This document shows positions 25,371 to 33,847 of a DNA stretch of 33,847 nucleotides, piece by piece (position 1 is the stretch's first letter; the number at the start of each line of letters is the position of its first letter). The translations under genes were made by a program, and so were the position numbers. This stretch comes from an uncultured Micavibrio sp. (lineage in GTDB: Bacteria > Pseudomonadota > Alphaproteobacteria > Micavibrionales > Micavibrionaceae). The notes beneath the pieces are model-generated. The model had not been told where the DNA came from. It saw only the letters and a program-made list of their open reading frames with translations, and searched no databases. The stretch covers positions 1 through 33,847 of the forward strand of contig CAYZAR010000001.1 in NCBI GenBank assembly GCA_964476455.1. Reading direction: 5' to 3'.

Positions 25371-27050
25371 ATGGCCGCGTATCAATACGTTTATGTAATG
25401 AAAAACTTGACCAAGTCTTATGCGGGCGGAAAAACCGTCCTCAAAGACATGACCCTCAGTTTTTTCCCCGGGGCCAAAATTGGCGTTTTGGGGCCGAACG
25501 GATCGGGGAAATCCACTTTGCTCAAAATCATGGCTGGACTTGACAAAGAATATGTCGGGGAAGCGTGGTCTGCCGAAGGGGCCCGCGTGGGATATCTCGC
25601 GCAGGAGCCACAACTGGATTCTTCCAAAAACGTTCTTGAGAACGTCATGGTGGCTTTGAAACCCATCACCGAAATGGTCGAGAGGTACAACGCCATTGGA
25701 GCTTTGATGTGCGAGCCTGATGCCGATATGGACGCACTCATGACCGAGATGGGCGAGCTGCAGGAAAAAATTGAAGCTGTGGACGGGTGGGAACTAGAGC
25801 GTCATGTTGAGATTGCTCTGGACGCTCTGCGCTGCCCCCCCGGGGAAGCCCGTGTAGACAATTTGTCGGGTGGAGAAAAACGCCGCGTTGCGCTTTGCAG
25901 ATTGCTTCTCGAAAAACCAGATTTGTTGCTGCTTGATGAACCCACCAACCACTTGGATGCCGAAAGCGTGGCGTGGCTGCAGCGGTTCCTGACCGATTAC
26001 AAAGGAACCGTGGTGATGGTCACGCACGACCGCTACTTCCTTGATAATGTGACGGGCTGGATTCTTGAACTGGACCGTGGCAATGGCATTCCGTATGAGG
26101 GGAATTATTCCGCCTACCTGACCCAGAAACGCAAACGTCTGGAACAAGAAGCCAAGAGCGAAGCCAGCCGCCAGAAAACCCTCGACCGCGAATTGGAATG
26201 GATGCACCAAAGCCCTGAAGCGCGGCGCAAGAAATCCAAAGCGCGGATTGCGTCCTATGAACAAATGCTGCTTGAGAATGAACGGGAAACCGTTGGCCGG
26301 ACCCAGATTGTTATTCCCACACCGCCGCGTCTTGGCAATTTGGTGGTGGAAGCCATCAATATTTCCAAAGGGTTTGGCGACCGTTTGTTGATTGACAATC
26401 TGTCCTTCAAACTGCCCCCGGGAGGTATTGTGGGGGTGATCGGTCCCAATGGTGCAGGGAAAAGTACACTTTTCCGCATGATTACCGGACAAGAAAAACC
26501 GGATAGCGGGGAGTTCCGCGTGGGGGATACGGTTCAGCTTGGCTATGTTGACCAAAGTCGTGACAGTCTTGATCCTGATAAGAATGTCTGGGAAGAGATT
26601 TCCAACGGACTCGATATTTTCAAAATGGGAAAAATCGAAATGCAAAGTCGGGCCTATGTGGGATCGTTCAACTTTAAGGGCGGCGATCAACAGAAAAAAG
26701 TCGGGCAACTTTCAGGAGGGGAACGCAACCGCGTTCACCTTGCCAAAATGCTCAAAACCGAAGCGAATGTTTTGCTGCTTGACGAACCGACCAACGATCT
26801 TGACACAGAAACCTTATCAGCTCTTGAAGAAGCCTTGGAACAATTCCCCGGCTGCGCTGTGGTGATCTCGCACGACCGCTGGTTTTTGAACCGCCTTGCT
26901 ACTCACATTCTGGCGTTTGAAGGAGACTCTCAAGTGGTCTGGTTTGAAGGAAATTATGAAGATTACGAAGCTGACCGCCACCGCCGCCTTGGATTGGATG
27001 CCGACACGCCACACCGGATCAAATACCGCCCACTCACCAAAGCAGCGTAA
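25371..27050 (+). CDS. ettA: Energy-dependent translational throttle protein EttA (ABC-F)
   Basis: 559-aa ORF. N-terminus YQYVYVMKNLTKSY. GPNGSGKST / LSGGEKRRVAL / LLLLDEPTNHLD, then GPNGAGKST / LSGGERNRVHL / VLLLDEPTNDLD. Length and ends are typical of EttA/YjjK. Confidence 0.9.
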   Translation: MAAYQYVYVMKNLTKSYAGGKTVLKDMTLSFFPGAKIGVLGPNGSGKSTLLKIMAGLDKEYVGEAWSAEGARVGYLAQEPQLDSSKNVLENVMVALKPITEMVERYNAIGALMCEPDADMDALMTEMGELQEKIEAVDGWELERHVEIALDALRCPPGEARVDNLSGGEKRRVALCRLLLEKPDLLLLDEPTNHLDAESVAWLQRFLTDYKGTVVMVTHDRYFLDNVTGWILELDRGNGIPYEGNYSAYLTQKRKRLEQEAKSEASRQKTLDRELEWMHQSPEARRKKSKARIASYEQMLLENERETVGRTQIVIPTPPRLGNLVVEAINISKGFGDRLLIDNLSFKLPPGGIVGVIGPNGAGKSTLFRMITGQEKPDSGEFRVGDTVQLGYVDQSRDSLDPDKNVWEEISNGLDIFKMGKIEMQSRAYVGSFNFKGGDQQKKVGQLSGGERNRVHLAKMLKTEANVLLLDEPTNDLDTETLSALEEALEQFPGCAVVISHDRWFLNRLATHILAFEGDSQVVWFEGNYEDYEADRHRRLGLDADTPHRIKYRPLTKAA

Positions 27051-27062
27051 GGAAAGCCTCCT

Positions 27063-27734
27063 ATGCTTCGTAAAGAAACGTTAGGGGTCCTTATTGCTCT
27101 TGCTTCGGCTGCTGTCTTTGGGCTTTACCCTCCCGCAACAAGAGGGGCGTACGCAGATGGTGTCAATCAGGCTTTTCTCATCCTTTTTACCACCTTCTGA
27201 CGAACGGCATCTCTTACCTTGTTTTGCCTTGGAACCAAACGCCCACTCTTGAGAAAAAAAGAAAATATCAAAAACGGCATCTCAAATGGTTTTTTCCAGA
27301 CAATCTCTATTGTGGGCATCTTAGGAGCCATGCAATTTCTCCCAGGACCTGTCGTTATTACTATCCTGTTTAGCTACACTTTGATGCTTTACTTGTTTCT
27401 GGTTTTCAAAGGGGAAGAAAAACTGAATCTGCAAACCCTCATTCCTGTTTTCTTGGCCTTTATTGGGCTGTCCTTGGTCGTAAACGTACAAGACAAACTG
27501 GAAGAAGTTTCACTCCCCGGACTTTGCCTTGCCTTTATGGCGGCGATTGCCACGGCCACCCGATTTTATGCCTACGGAAATGTGCTTAAAAAAAATGATC
27601 CTGCTGTTATCGGAGCAGAGACCTTTATTTTTACCTTGTTGCTTTGCTCTCTTATCACTTTTTACCAAACCCCCTTGCTCCCGCAATCTACAATGGGGTG
27701 GGTGTGGGCAGGAAGTTCCGCCGCCGCACCGTAG
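27063..27734 (+). pseudogene. Decayed DMT/EamA-family transporter gene (in-frame TGA plus 3' truncation)
   Basis: ATG 27063 opens MLRKETLGVLIALASAAVFGLYPPATRGAYADGVNQAFLILFTTF, then an in-frame TGA at 27198-27200. The same frame continues as the 27219-27734 ORF with EamA-like TM helices. Only about 7.5 of the expected 10 helices are present before the stop. Confidence 0.6.
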
Positions 27735-27807
27735 AGAGTTTTGAGTAAATTAGGACAACCTTATAGAGGGGTCCAGATGGATCAGAAAAATTTTGCGATA
27801 GGATAGG

Positions 27808-29007
27808 TTATCGGGCATTTGCGGCAAGCTGAGGGGGCGGAGCAGATTCACGCTCTGATGGCGTTCTTTGTTGCTGCTCAAACTGCGTGATGAGCGCATG
27901 GTTGGCAACCAATCTCCGCACACATACCCCCGAAGAGGAGGCTATTTGTTCTATCCAGTTCTCAAGCCGTTGCCGTTCCGCAATCGCATCGGCATAAACT
28001 TCATCGTGTTGAAACGCATCCTCTCTCTGCCGCCATTCTCTGTACTCAACTCTGGCTTTGATGTATTCCCTCACACGCTCCACAAAATCTTGAGAAGACG
28101 GATTTTTCCAGCCAAATTCTCCCCACTCTGCTTCTGCATTTTTAAACTCGTGAGAGAGAAAATAACCGGAAACCTGATAGCTTATCAAAGATGTCATGTC
28201 CTCTAAATTTGCACGACCAGAAAAAATCTCTGACAAACTCCGATCTACCCTCCGCACCAGATCAGAAGACACGTACCCTTCATGATCTGCGCCAAATAGA
28301 TTGAATGTGGCTTCCCGCAACTCAGCAGATGAGAGAGCCCGCCTTCGGTTTGAAATTTTTTGATTGAGGCAACGCATACGCTCGCTTTGAAGCATCTCAT
28401 CAAGCAAAACCTCCAACCCAAACTGCGCAAGATTTTCAAAATTTCCTGTCCCGCCTTGATCTTTTCCAAGGTCATTAAAAATCTGCATAAAATCAGGCCT
28501 TCCCTCAAGCTGCGAGAACCACCGCGAAGGATCGACAAATAAAGGATGTTCGCCAAAACGGTGATACCGTTTTTTTTCACACTCAATCGCCGCTCGTTCC
28601 GGCGCAAGAAGAGGGTTTGTTCTCAAGCGCACAAGAATTTCCTCTGTGATACCTGTCGGCAAAGACAAGAAAGGATTATCAATGAGTGGCACGAGATGCG
28701 CTGGAGAAATCTTGTAGTAATCACAAAACCTTGCAACAGCCTCTCGCCCTAACGCATGGACTGAACCATCCGGATGATCCTCCAACGCCCTCAATGTGGC
28801 GTAAGAAATTCCCATCACCTTGGCAAGTCGAGTGTCAGGTACTCCAGCTTGTTCTGCATGCACCAGAATCGGATACTCCCCCGCAACCACCCGCAAAACG
28901 AATTCGCTCAAAGCTATTTTTCCTGACTTTTTACTCAGGGGAACACGACAGAACCACGCCGGCAAGCCACATAAATTTTCGGCTTTTTGAATCTCTTTAT
29001 TATTCAT
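27808..29007 (-). CDS. Hypothetical protein, possible N-terminal helix-turn-helix; no family recognised
   Basis: 399-aa uninterrupted ORF. AEQAGVPDTRLAKVMGISYATLRALEDH looks HTH-like. No SD before the ATG. The start lies 23 nt below the mdh terminator hairpin. Confidence 0.55.
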   Translation of the reverse strand: MNNKEIQKAENLCGLPAWFCRVPLSKKSGKIALSEFVLRVVAGEYPILVHAEQAGVPDTRLAKVMGISYATLRALEDHPDGSVHALGREAVARFCDYYKISPAHLVPLIDNPFLSLPTGITEEILVRLRTNPLLAPERAAIECEKKRYHRFGEHPLFVDPSRWFSQLEGRPDFMQIFNDLGKDQGGTGNFENLAQFGLEVLLDEMLQSERMRCLNQKISNRRRALSSAELREATFNLFGADHEGYVSSDLVRRVDRSLSEIFSGRANLEDMTSLISYQVSGYFLSHEFKNAEAEWGEFGWKNPSSQDFVERVREYIKARVEYREWRQREDAFQHDEVYADAIAERQRLENWIEQIASSSGVCVRRLVANHALITQFEQQQRTPSERESAPPPQLAANAR

Positions 29008-29030
29008 AATTTTTTATTATGATAAGTTCA

Positions 29031-29066
29031 CAAAAAAAGCAAGCCAATTTCACCGGCTTGCTTTTT
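29031..29066 (-). terminator. Rho-independent terminator after mdh (hairpin flanked by A/T runs on both sides)
   Basis: AGCAAGCC (29037-29044) pairs with GGCTTGCT (29054-29061). On the minus strand the hairpin is followed by a T7 run; on the plus strand by T5. Confidence 0.65.
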
Positions 29067-29090
29067 AGAATTAAAAAACGCAATAAACTT

Positions 29091-30104
<1,014 letters not shown>

Positions 30105-30150
30105 TTACCACGATCTTAACAAAGGCGGAATCCCCCTTTTATATCTGGCA

Positions 30151-30930
30151 TTATGGATTTACATTGGAGATAACTAAGCGAAGATCAGGGCGTTGTTTTG
30201 CTTGAGGAGGCCTATCTCCCGCCAAGGCGGGGTGTCCATACCCCCTGACGAAATCAATAAGATCTTGTAGTTCCTCAATCGGCTCCTCGGAAAAATTTTG
30301 CCTGTATGTAAGGACCTTGATACTTTTTGCTCTTAAGGAAGGCGAAGCTTGAGCCATGAGATCCCGCCATTTTTCCCCTGCCTCAAAAAACAACTCCTCC
30401 ATTTCTGGATAGACAAGGTGACCAGCGGTGTTCATCAGAACTCTTTCCAAAGCATCCACCACGCGGGGCAAAAGTCTTGGATCATCCTGAACAGCCTCGC
30501 CCGCCGCATAAACAACGGCCCCAAAGACAAAGGCTTTCAAATCGCCATACAATAAAAATTTCTTCTCGATATGATCCAGCGCGTCCATGGCCACGCACGC
30601 CCCTGTATTCGGCTTCTCTCGGCTCAACCGTTTGACGGCATGATCCCAGAAAGCAAGTGCGTTTTCACACGTATTCCTTTGCCCACGGCTAGGCCTTGGC
30701 CCATAAACAGGAAATTGTAGTTTCAACCTCCCTGCGTGCCGAAACAACGCACACAAAGATTTGCCAAGGTCTTTATAGTCATTTTCTTCAAACCCCGTGC
30801 AAACACAAAACATCAGATCCTGACTTCTAATGTTATCCATCTGAGCGGCCAGAAACTCTCCAGACAAATCAATAACGTTCGTCTGACCAAAAAAATTTCT
30901 GGGCGGATTTGAATGAACAAGAACCAGCAC
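30151..30930 (-). CDS. Hypothetical protein, no family recognised
   Basis: 259-aa ORF from GTG 30930, with AGGGAG 12 nt upstream, 21 nt after the alaS stop. No TM or signal peptide. The start is uncertain. Confidence 0.5.
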   Translation of the reverse strand: MLVLVHSNPPRNFFGQTNVIDLSGEFLAAQMDNIRSQDLMFCVCTGFEENDYKDLGKSLCALFRHAGRLKLQFPVYGPRPSRGQRNTCENALAFWDHAVKRLSREKPNTGACVAMDALDHIEKKFLLYGDLKAFVFGAVVYAAGEAVQDDPRLLPRVVDALERVLMNTAGHLVYPEMEELFFEAGEKWRDLMAQASPSLRAKSIKVLTYRQNFSEEPIEELQDLIDFVRGYGHPALAGDRPPQAKQRPDLRLVISNVNP

Positions 30931-30951
30931 AGCCTCGGCCCGCTCCCTTTC

Positions 30952-33600
30952 TTACCCCGCTAATTTGCGTTCGATAGCTTCGACCGCATCGTTGGCGGAG
31001 TCGGCATTGGCTCCTCCAGCTTGCGCCATATCAGGGCGACCACCGCCGCCTGAACCGCCCAAAGCAATGGCCCCGACTTTGGCAAGGTCCACGGCACTAA
31101 TGCGGTTTGTTAGATCATCTGTTACGGCGACAACCAAAGAAGCCTTGCCTTCACTCGTGGCAATCAAGGCAATGACCCCTGATCCGATTTTGATTTTGAG
31201 ATCATCGGCCATCGGTTTGAGATCCTTGGCGGGAACATCCGGTAAGACCCGCGAAATGAATTTCACTCCGCCAACATCTTTTGCCGCAGGCCCGCTTGAT
31301 TCACTTCCTCCTGTTGCCATTTTCCGGCGCAGGTTTGAAAGCTCCAATTCAAGTTTTCTTTTGTCTTCCATCAAGTGCCGGACACGATCCGCAACATCGG
31401 CTGGCTGGACTTTTAGAATACCCGCCGCTGCGAGGAGTCTGTTTTCCTGTTCTTCGAGATAAGCCAGAGCCGTGGCACCGGCGACCGCTTCGATCCGGCG
31501 AATACCCGACCCAACAGCTCCTTCGCTAACGATTTTGAACAAGCCAATTTCTCCGGTGCGCTTAACATGGGTTCCGCCGCAAAGTTCAACCGAGTAAGGA
31601 TGGTTGACTCCTTGCGCCGTCCGCCCCATTGAAACCACGCGCACTTCGGTATCGTATTTCTCACCGAATAGGGCGCGGGCTCCGGACTCTCTTGCCTCGT
31701 CAAGTCCCATGAGACGGGTTACCACTTCGGTATCCGCCCAGATTTCTTCGTTGACCATGCGCTCGACCTCATGAAGCTGGTCAGCCGTCACAGCCAAAGG
31801 ATGCGATACATCAAACCGTGTACGGTCCGATGTTTGCAAAGATCCTTTTTGAGCGACATGATCTCCCAGCGTTTGGCGCAAAGCTTCATGAAGCAAGTGA
31901 GTCACGGAATGGTGAGCCTTGATCGAAGCACGGCGGGCCGGATCAACTTTGAGTTCCACAGCATCTCCGACCTTAAAAACTCCTTTGGCCACACGACCAA
32001 CATGAGCATGAATTTTACCCAGTTTCTTTTCGGTGTCGGTTACGATGAAAGCTCCAGAAGGAGATGTAATGGTCCCCATATCACCAACTTGACCACCGGA
32101 TTCAGCGTAGAAAGGTGTTTGGTTGAGAACAATCCGCACGTCATCACCGGCTTGGGCTTCTGAAACCTCTTGACCATCTTTGACGATAGCCTTGATCTGG
32201 CCTTCGGCTGACTCTTTATCGTAACCAAGGAACTCTGTTCCACCCTGTTTTTCCAGCAAGTCATACCAGAATTTTTCCGTGGCCACTTCGCCCGATCCGG
32301 CCCATGCCTTGCGGGCTTCTTCACGCTGCCGCTGCATACAGGCATTAAACCCGTCCATATCAACATTGATGCCGCGTAGTTTCAGAGCGTCTTGCGTCAA
32401 GTCAAGCGGAAAGCCAAAAGTATCATAAAGTTTGAAGGCAACATCTCCCTTCAACAGAGATCCTGTAGCAAGATTGGCGGTTTCCTCATCAAGAAGTTTG
32501 ATCCCCCGATCTAGGGTTTGCTTGAATTTGCTTTCTTCCATTTTGAGAGTTTCAGTGACGAGGGCCTGAGCCTGATAAAGTTCGGGATAGGCCTCACCCA
32601 TAAGAGATTGCAGGGTAGGAAATAGACGGTACATGATAGGGTCTTTCGCTCCCAGAAGATGGGCGTGACGCATTCCACGGCGCATAATCCGGCGCAAAAC
32701 ATAGCCTCTTCCCTCATTCGAAGGCATGACTCCATCGGCAATCAGAAACGCCGCCGAGCGCAGATGATCGGCAATGACACGGAACGAGGCGGCTTGATCT
32801 CCATTAGGATCAACACCAGTCAGCGAAGCCGTATGCTGGATGATGGATTGGAACAAGTCCGTATCATAGTTGTTATGTTTGCCCTGCATAATGGCCGCCA
32901 CGCGTTCAAGGCCCATGCCTGTATCAATCGATGGTTTTGGCAAGGGTGTCCGGCTTCCATCTGGGTGTTGCTCATACTGCATGAACACCAAATTCCAAAT
33001 TTCGATGAAACGATCTCCGTCTGCATTGGCACTCCCGGGAGGGCCGCCTTGGACGTGGTCACCATGATCGTAAAAAATTTCGGAACACGGACCACAAGGC
33101 CCCGTATCTCCCATCATCCAAAAGTTATCCATGGTAGGAATGCGGATAATCCGGTCATCACTCAGCCCCGCGACTTTCTTCCAGATGGCGGCAGCGTCAT
33201 CGTCATCATGGTACACCGTGACACAAAGACGTTCTTTCGGAAGTTCTAAAACTTTGGTAACTACCTCCCACGCAAAGGGAATGGCATCTGGTTTGAAATA
33301 ATCACCAAAGGAAAAATTTCCCAACATTTCAAAAAACGTATGGTGGCGGGCCGTATATCCCACATTGTCCAAATCGTTGTGCTTACCGCCGGCGCGAACA
33401 GATTTTTGCGCGGTCGTGGCCCTCTTATAGGGGCGAGTTTCTTTGCCGGTAAAAATATCCTTGAACTGGACCATACCCGAGTTAACAAACATCATCGTCG
33501 GATCATTGTGAGGAATCAGAGAACTGGAGGGAACGACCTCGTGGCCATGTTTGGCAAAATAGCCGAGATAGTCAGAACGAATATCCTTAACGGTTTTCAT
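30952..33600 (-). CDS. alaS: Alanine--tRNA ligase
   Basis: Start chosen at [28 protein letters not shown] (ATG 33600; the track extends to 33702). [18 protein letters not shown]; editing-domain HSVTHLLH and CGGTHV; C-terminal DHHA1-like region. Confidence 0.93.
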   Translation of the reverse strand: MKTVKDIRSDYLGYFAKHGHEVVPSSSLIPHNDPTMMFVNSGMVQFKDIFTGKETRPYKRATTAQKSVRAGGKHNDLDNVGYTARHHTFFEMLGNFSFGDYFKPDAIPFAWEVVTKVLELPKERLCVTVYHDDDDAAAIWKKVAGLSDDRIIRIPTMDNFWMMGDTGPCGPCSEIFYDHGDHVQGGPPGSANADGDRFIEIWNLVFMQYEQHPDGSRTPLPKPSIDTGMGLERVAAIMQGKHNNYDTDLFQSIIQHTASLTGVDPNGDQAASFRVIADHLRSAAFLIADGVMPSNEGRGYVLRRIMRRGMRHAHLLGAKDPIMYRLFPTLQSLMGEAYPELYQAQALVTETLKMEESKFKQTLDRGIKLLDEETANLATGSLLKGDVAFKLYDTFGFPLDLTQDALKLRGINVDMDGFNACMQRQREEARKAWAGSGEVATEKFWYDLLEKQGGTEFLGYDKESAEGQIKAIVKDGQEVSEAQAGDDVRIVLNQTPFYAESGGQVGDMGTITSPSGAFIVTDTEKKLGKIHAHVGRVAKGVFKVGDAVELKVDPARRASIKAHHSVTHLLHEALRQTLGDHVAQKGSLQTSDRTRFDVSHPLAVTADQLHEVERMVNEEIWADTEVVTRLMGLDEARESGARALFGEKYDTEVRVVSMGRTAQGVNHPYSVELCGGTHVKRTGEIGLFKIVSEGAVGSGIRRIEAVAGATALAYLEEQENRLLAAAGILKVQPADVADRVRHLMEDKRKLELELSNLRRKMATGGSESSGPAAKDVGGVKFISRVLPDVPAKDLKPMADDLKIKIGSGVIALIATSEGKASLVVAVTDDLTNRISAVDLAKVGAIALGGSGGGGRPDMAQAGGANADSANDAVEAIERKLAG

Positions 33601-33847
33601 AGCAATTAAATTTCCTATTCCAAATGTGACGAAGGCTTTGACTTTACCCGAAAATTCCCTCTTTTTCCAAGTGCAAAGCATATGTTTTTTGGCAAAAACC
33701 AAGAAAATTTCAAATTATGGCCAATTATGGCGCAAGAGGACCAAAATTCCGCCATATTCTTCTGCCATGATGAATGAAGATAAGAATTCATAGTTTCAGC
33801 GTTGAAATCTTACCTAAGACACCTCAGACCAACCGACCATATATGAA

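Noticed and set aside
25794-26708. 304-aa ORF on the minus strand
   Set aside because: It is antisense to ettA, whose two ABC cassettes are clearly encoded on the plus strand. Stop-poor reverse frames are typical for such genes.
27198-27200. In-frame TGA in the EamA-like gene as possible Trp or selenocysteine recoding
   Set aside because: TGA terminates other well-supported genes in this window (8570-8572, 8848-8850). No SECIS-like hairpin follows, and the gene is also 3'-truncated. A pseudogene is the simpler reading.

Overview
This is a chromosomal window from a flagellated bacterium. Gene content and order look alphaproteobacterial: flgB-flgC-fliE, fliL-fliM with a long acidic FliM N-terminus, flgF-flgG-flgA-flgH, MotE-like and CheZ-like genes, and an LDH-type malate dehydrogenase. 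Roughly 6.9-23.6 kb is a flagellar/chemotaxis region split into four divergently arranged units, with an ABC-F ATPase gene embedded in it. Housekeeping genes flank it: a hybrid histidine kinase, ndk and ppdK on the left, and ettA, mdh and alaS on the right. I found no rRNA, tRNA, CRISPR array, transposase or integrase, and no compositional break visible by eye.

The parts that standard annotation would not explain are:
- three sigma-54 type -24/-12 promoter matches placed at sensible distances before flgB, flgF and a small unannotated ORF upstream of flgA; the last match is a perfect consensus
- a giant secreted AMIN-like/TPR protein that ends the fliL...cheY-cheZ same-strand array
- a stand-alone two-gene TerD-domain cassette
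- a decayed DMT transporter gene next to an orphan 399-aa gene with a possible HTH
- a second orphan gene between alaS and mdh
- a multi-hairpin intergenic element that resembles the palindromic repeats of intracellular bacteria

None of these can be shown to be a novel system from sequence alone, and the functional ideas below are labelled as inference.
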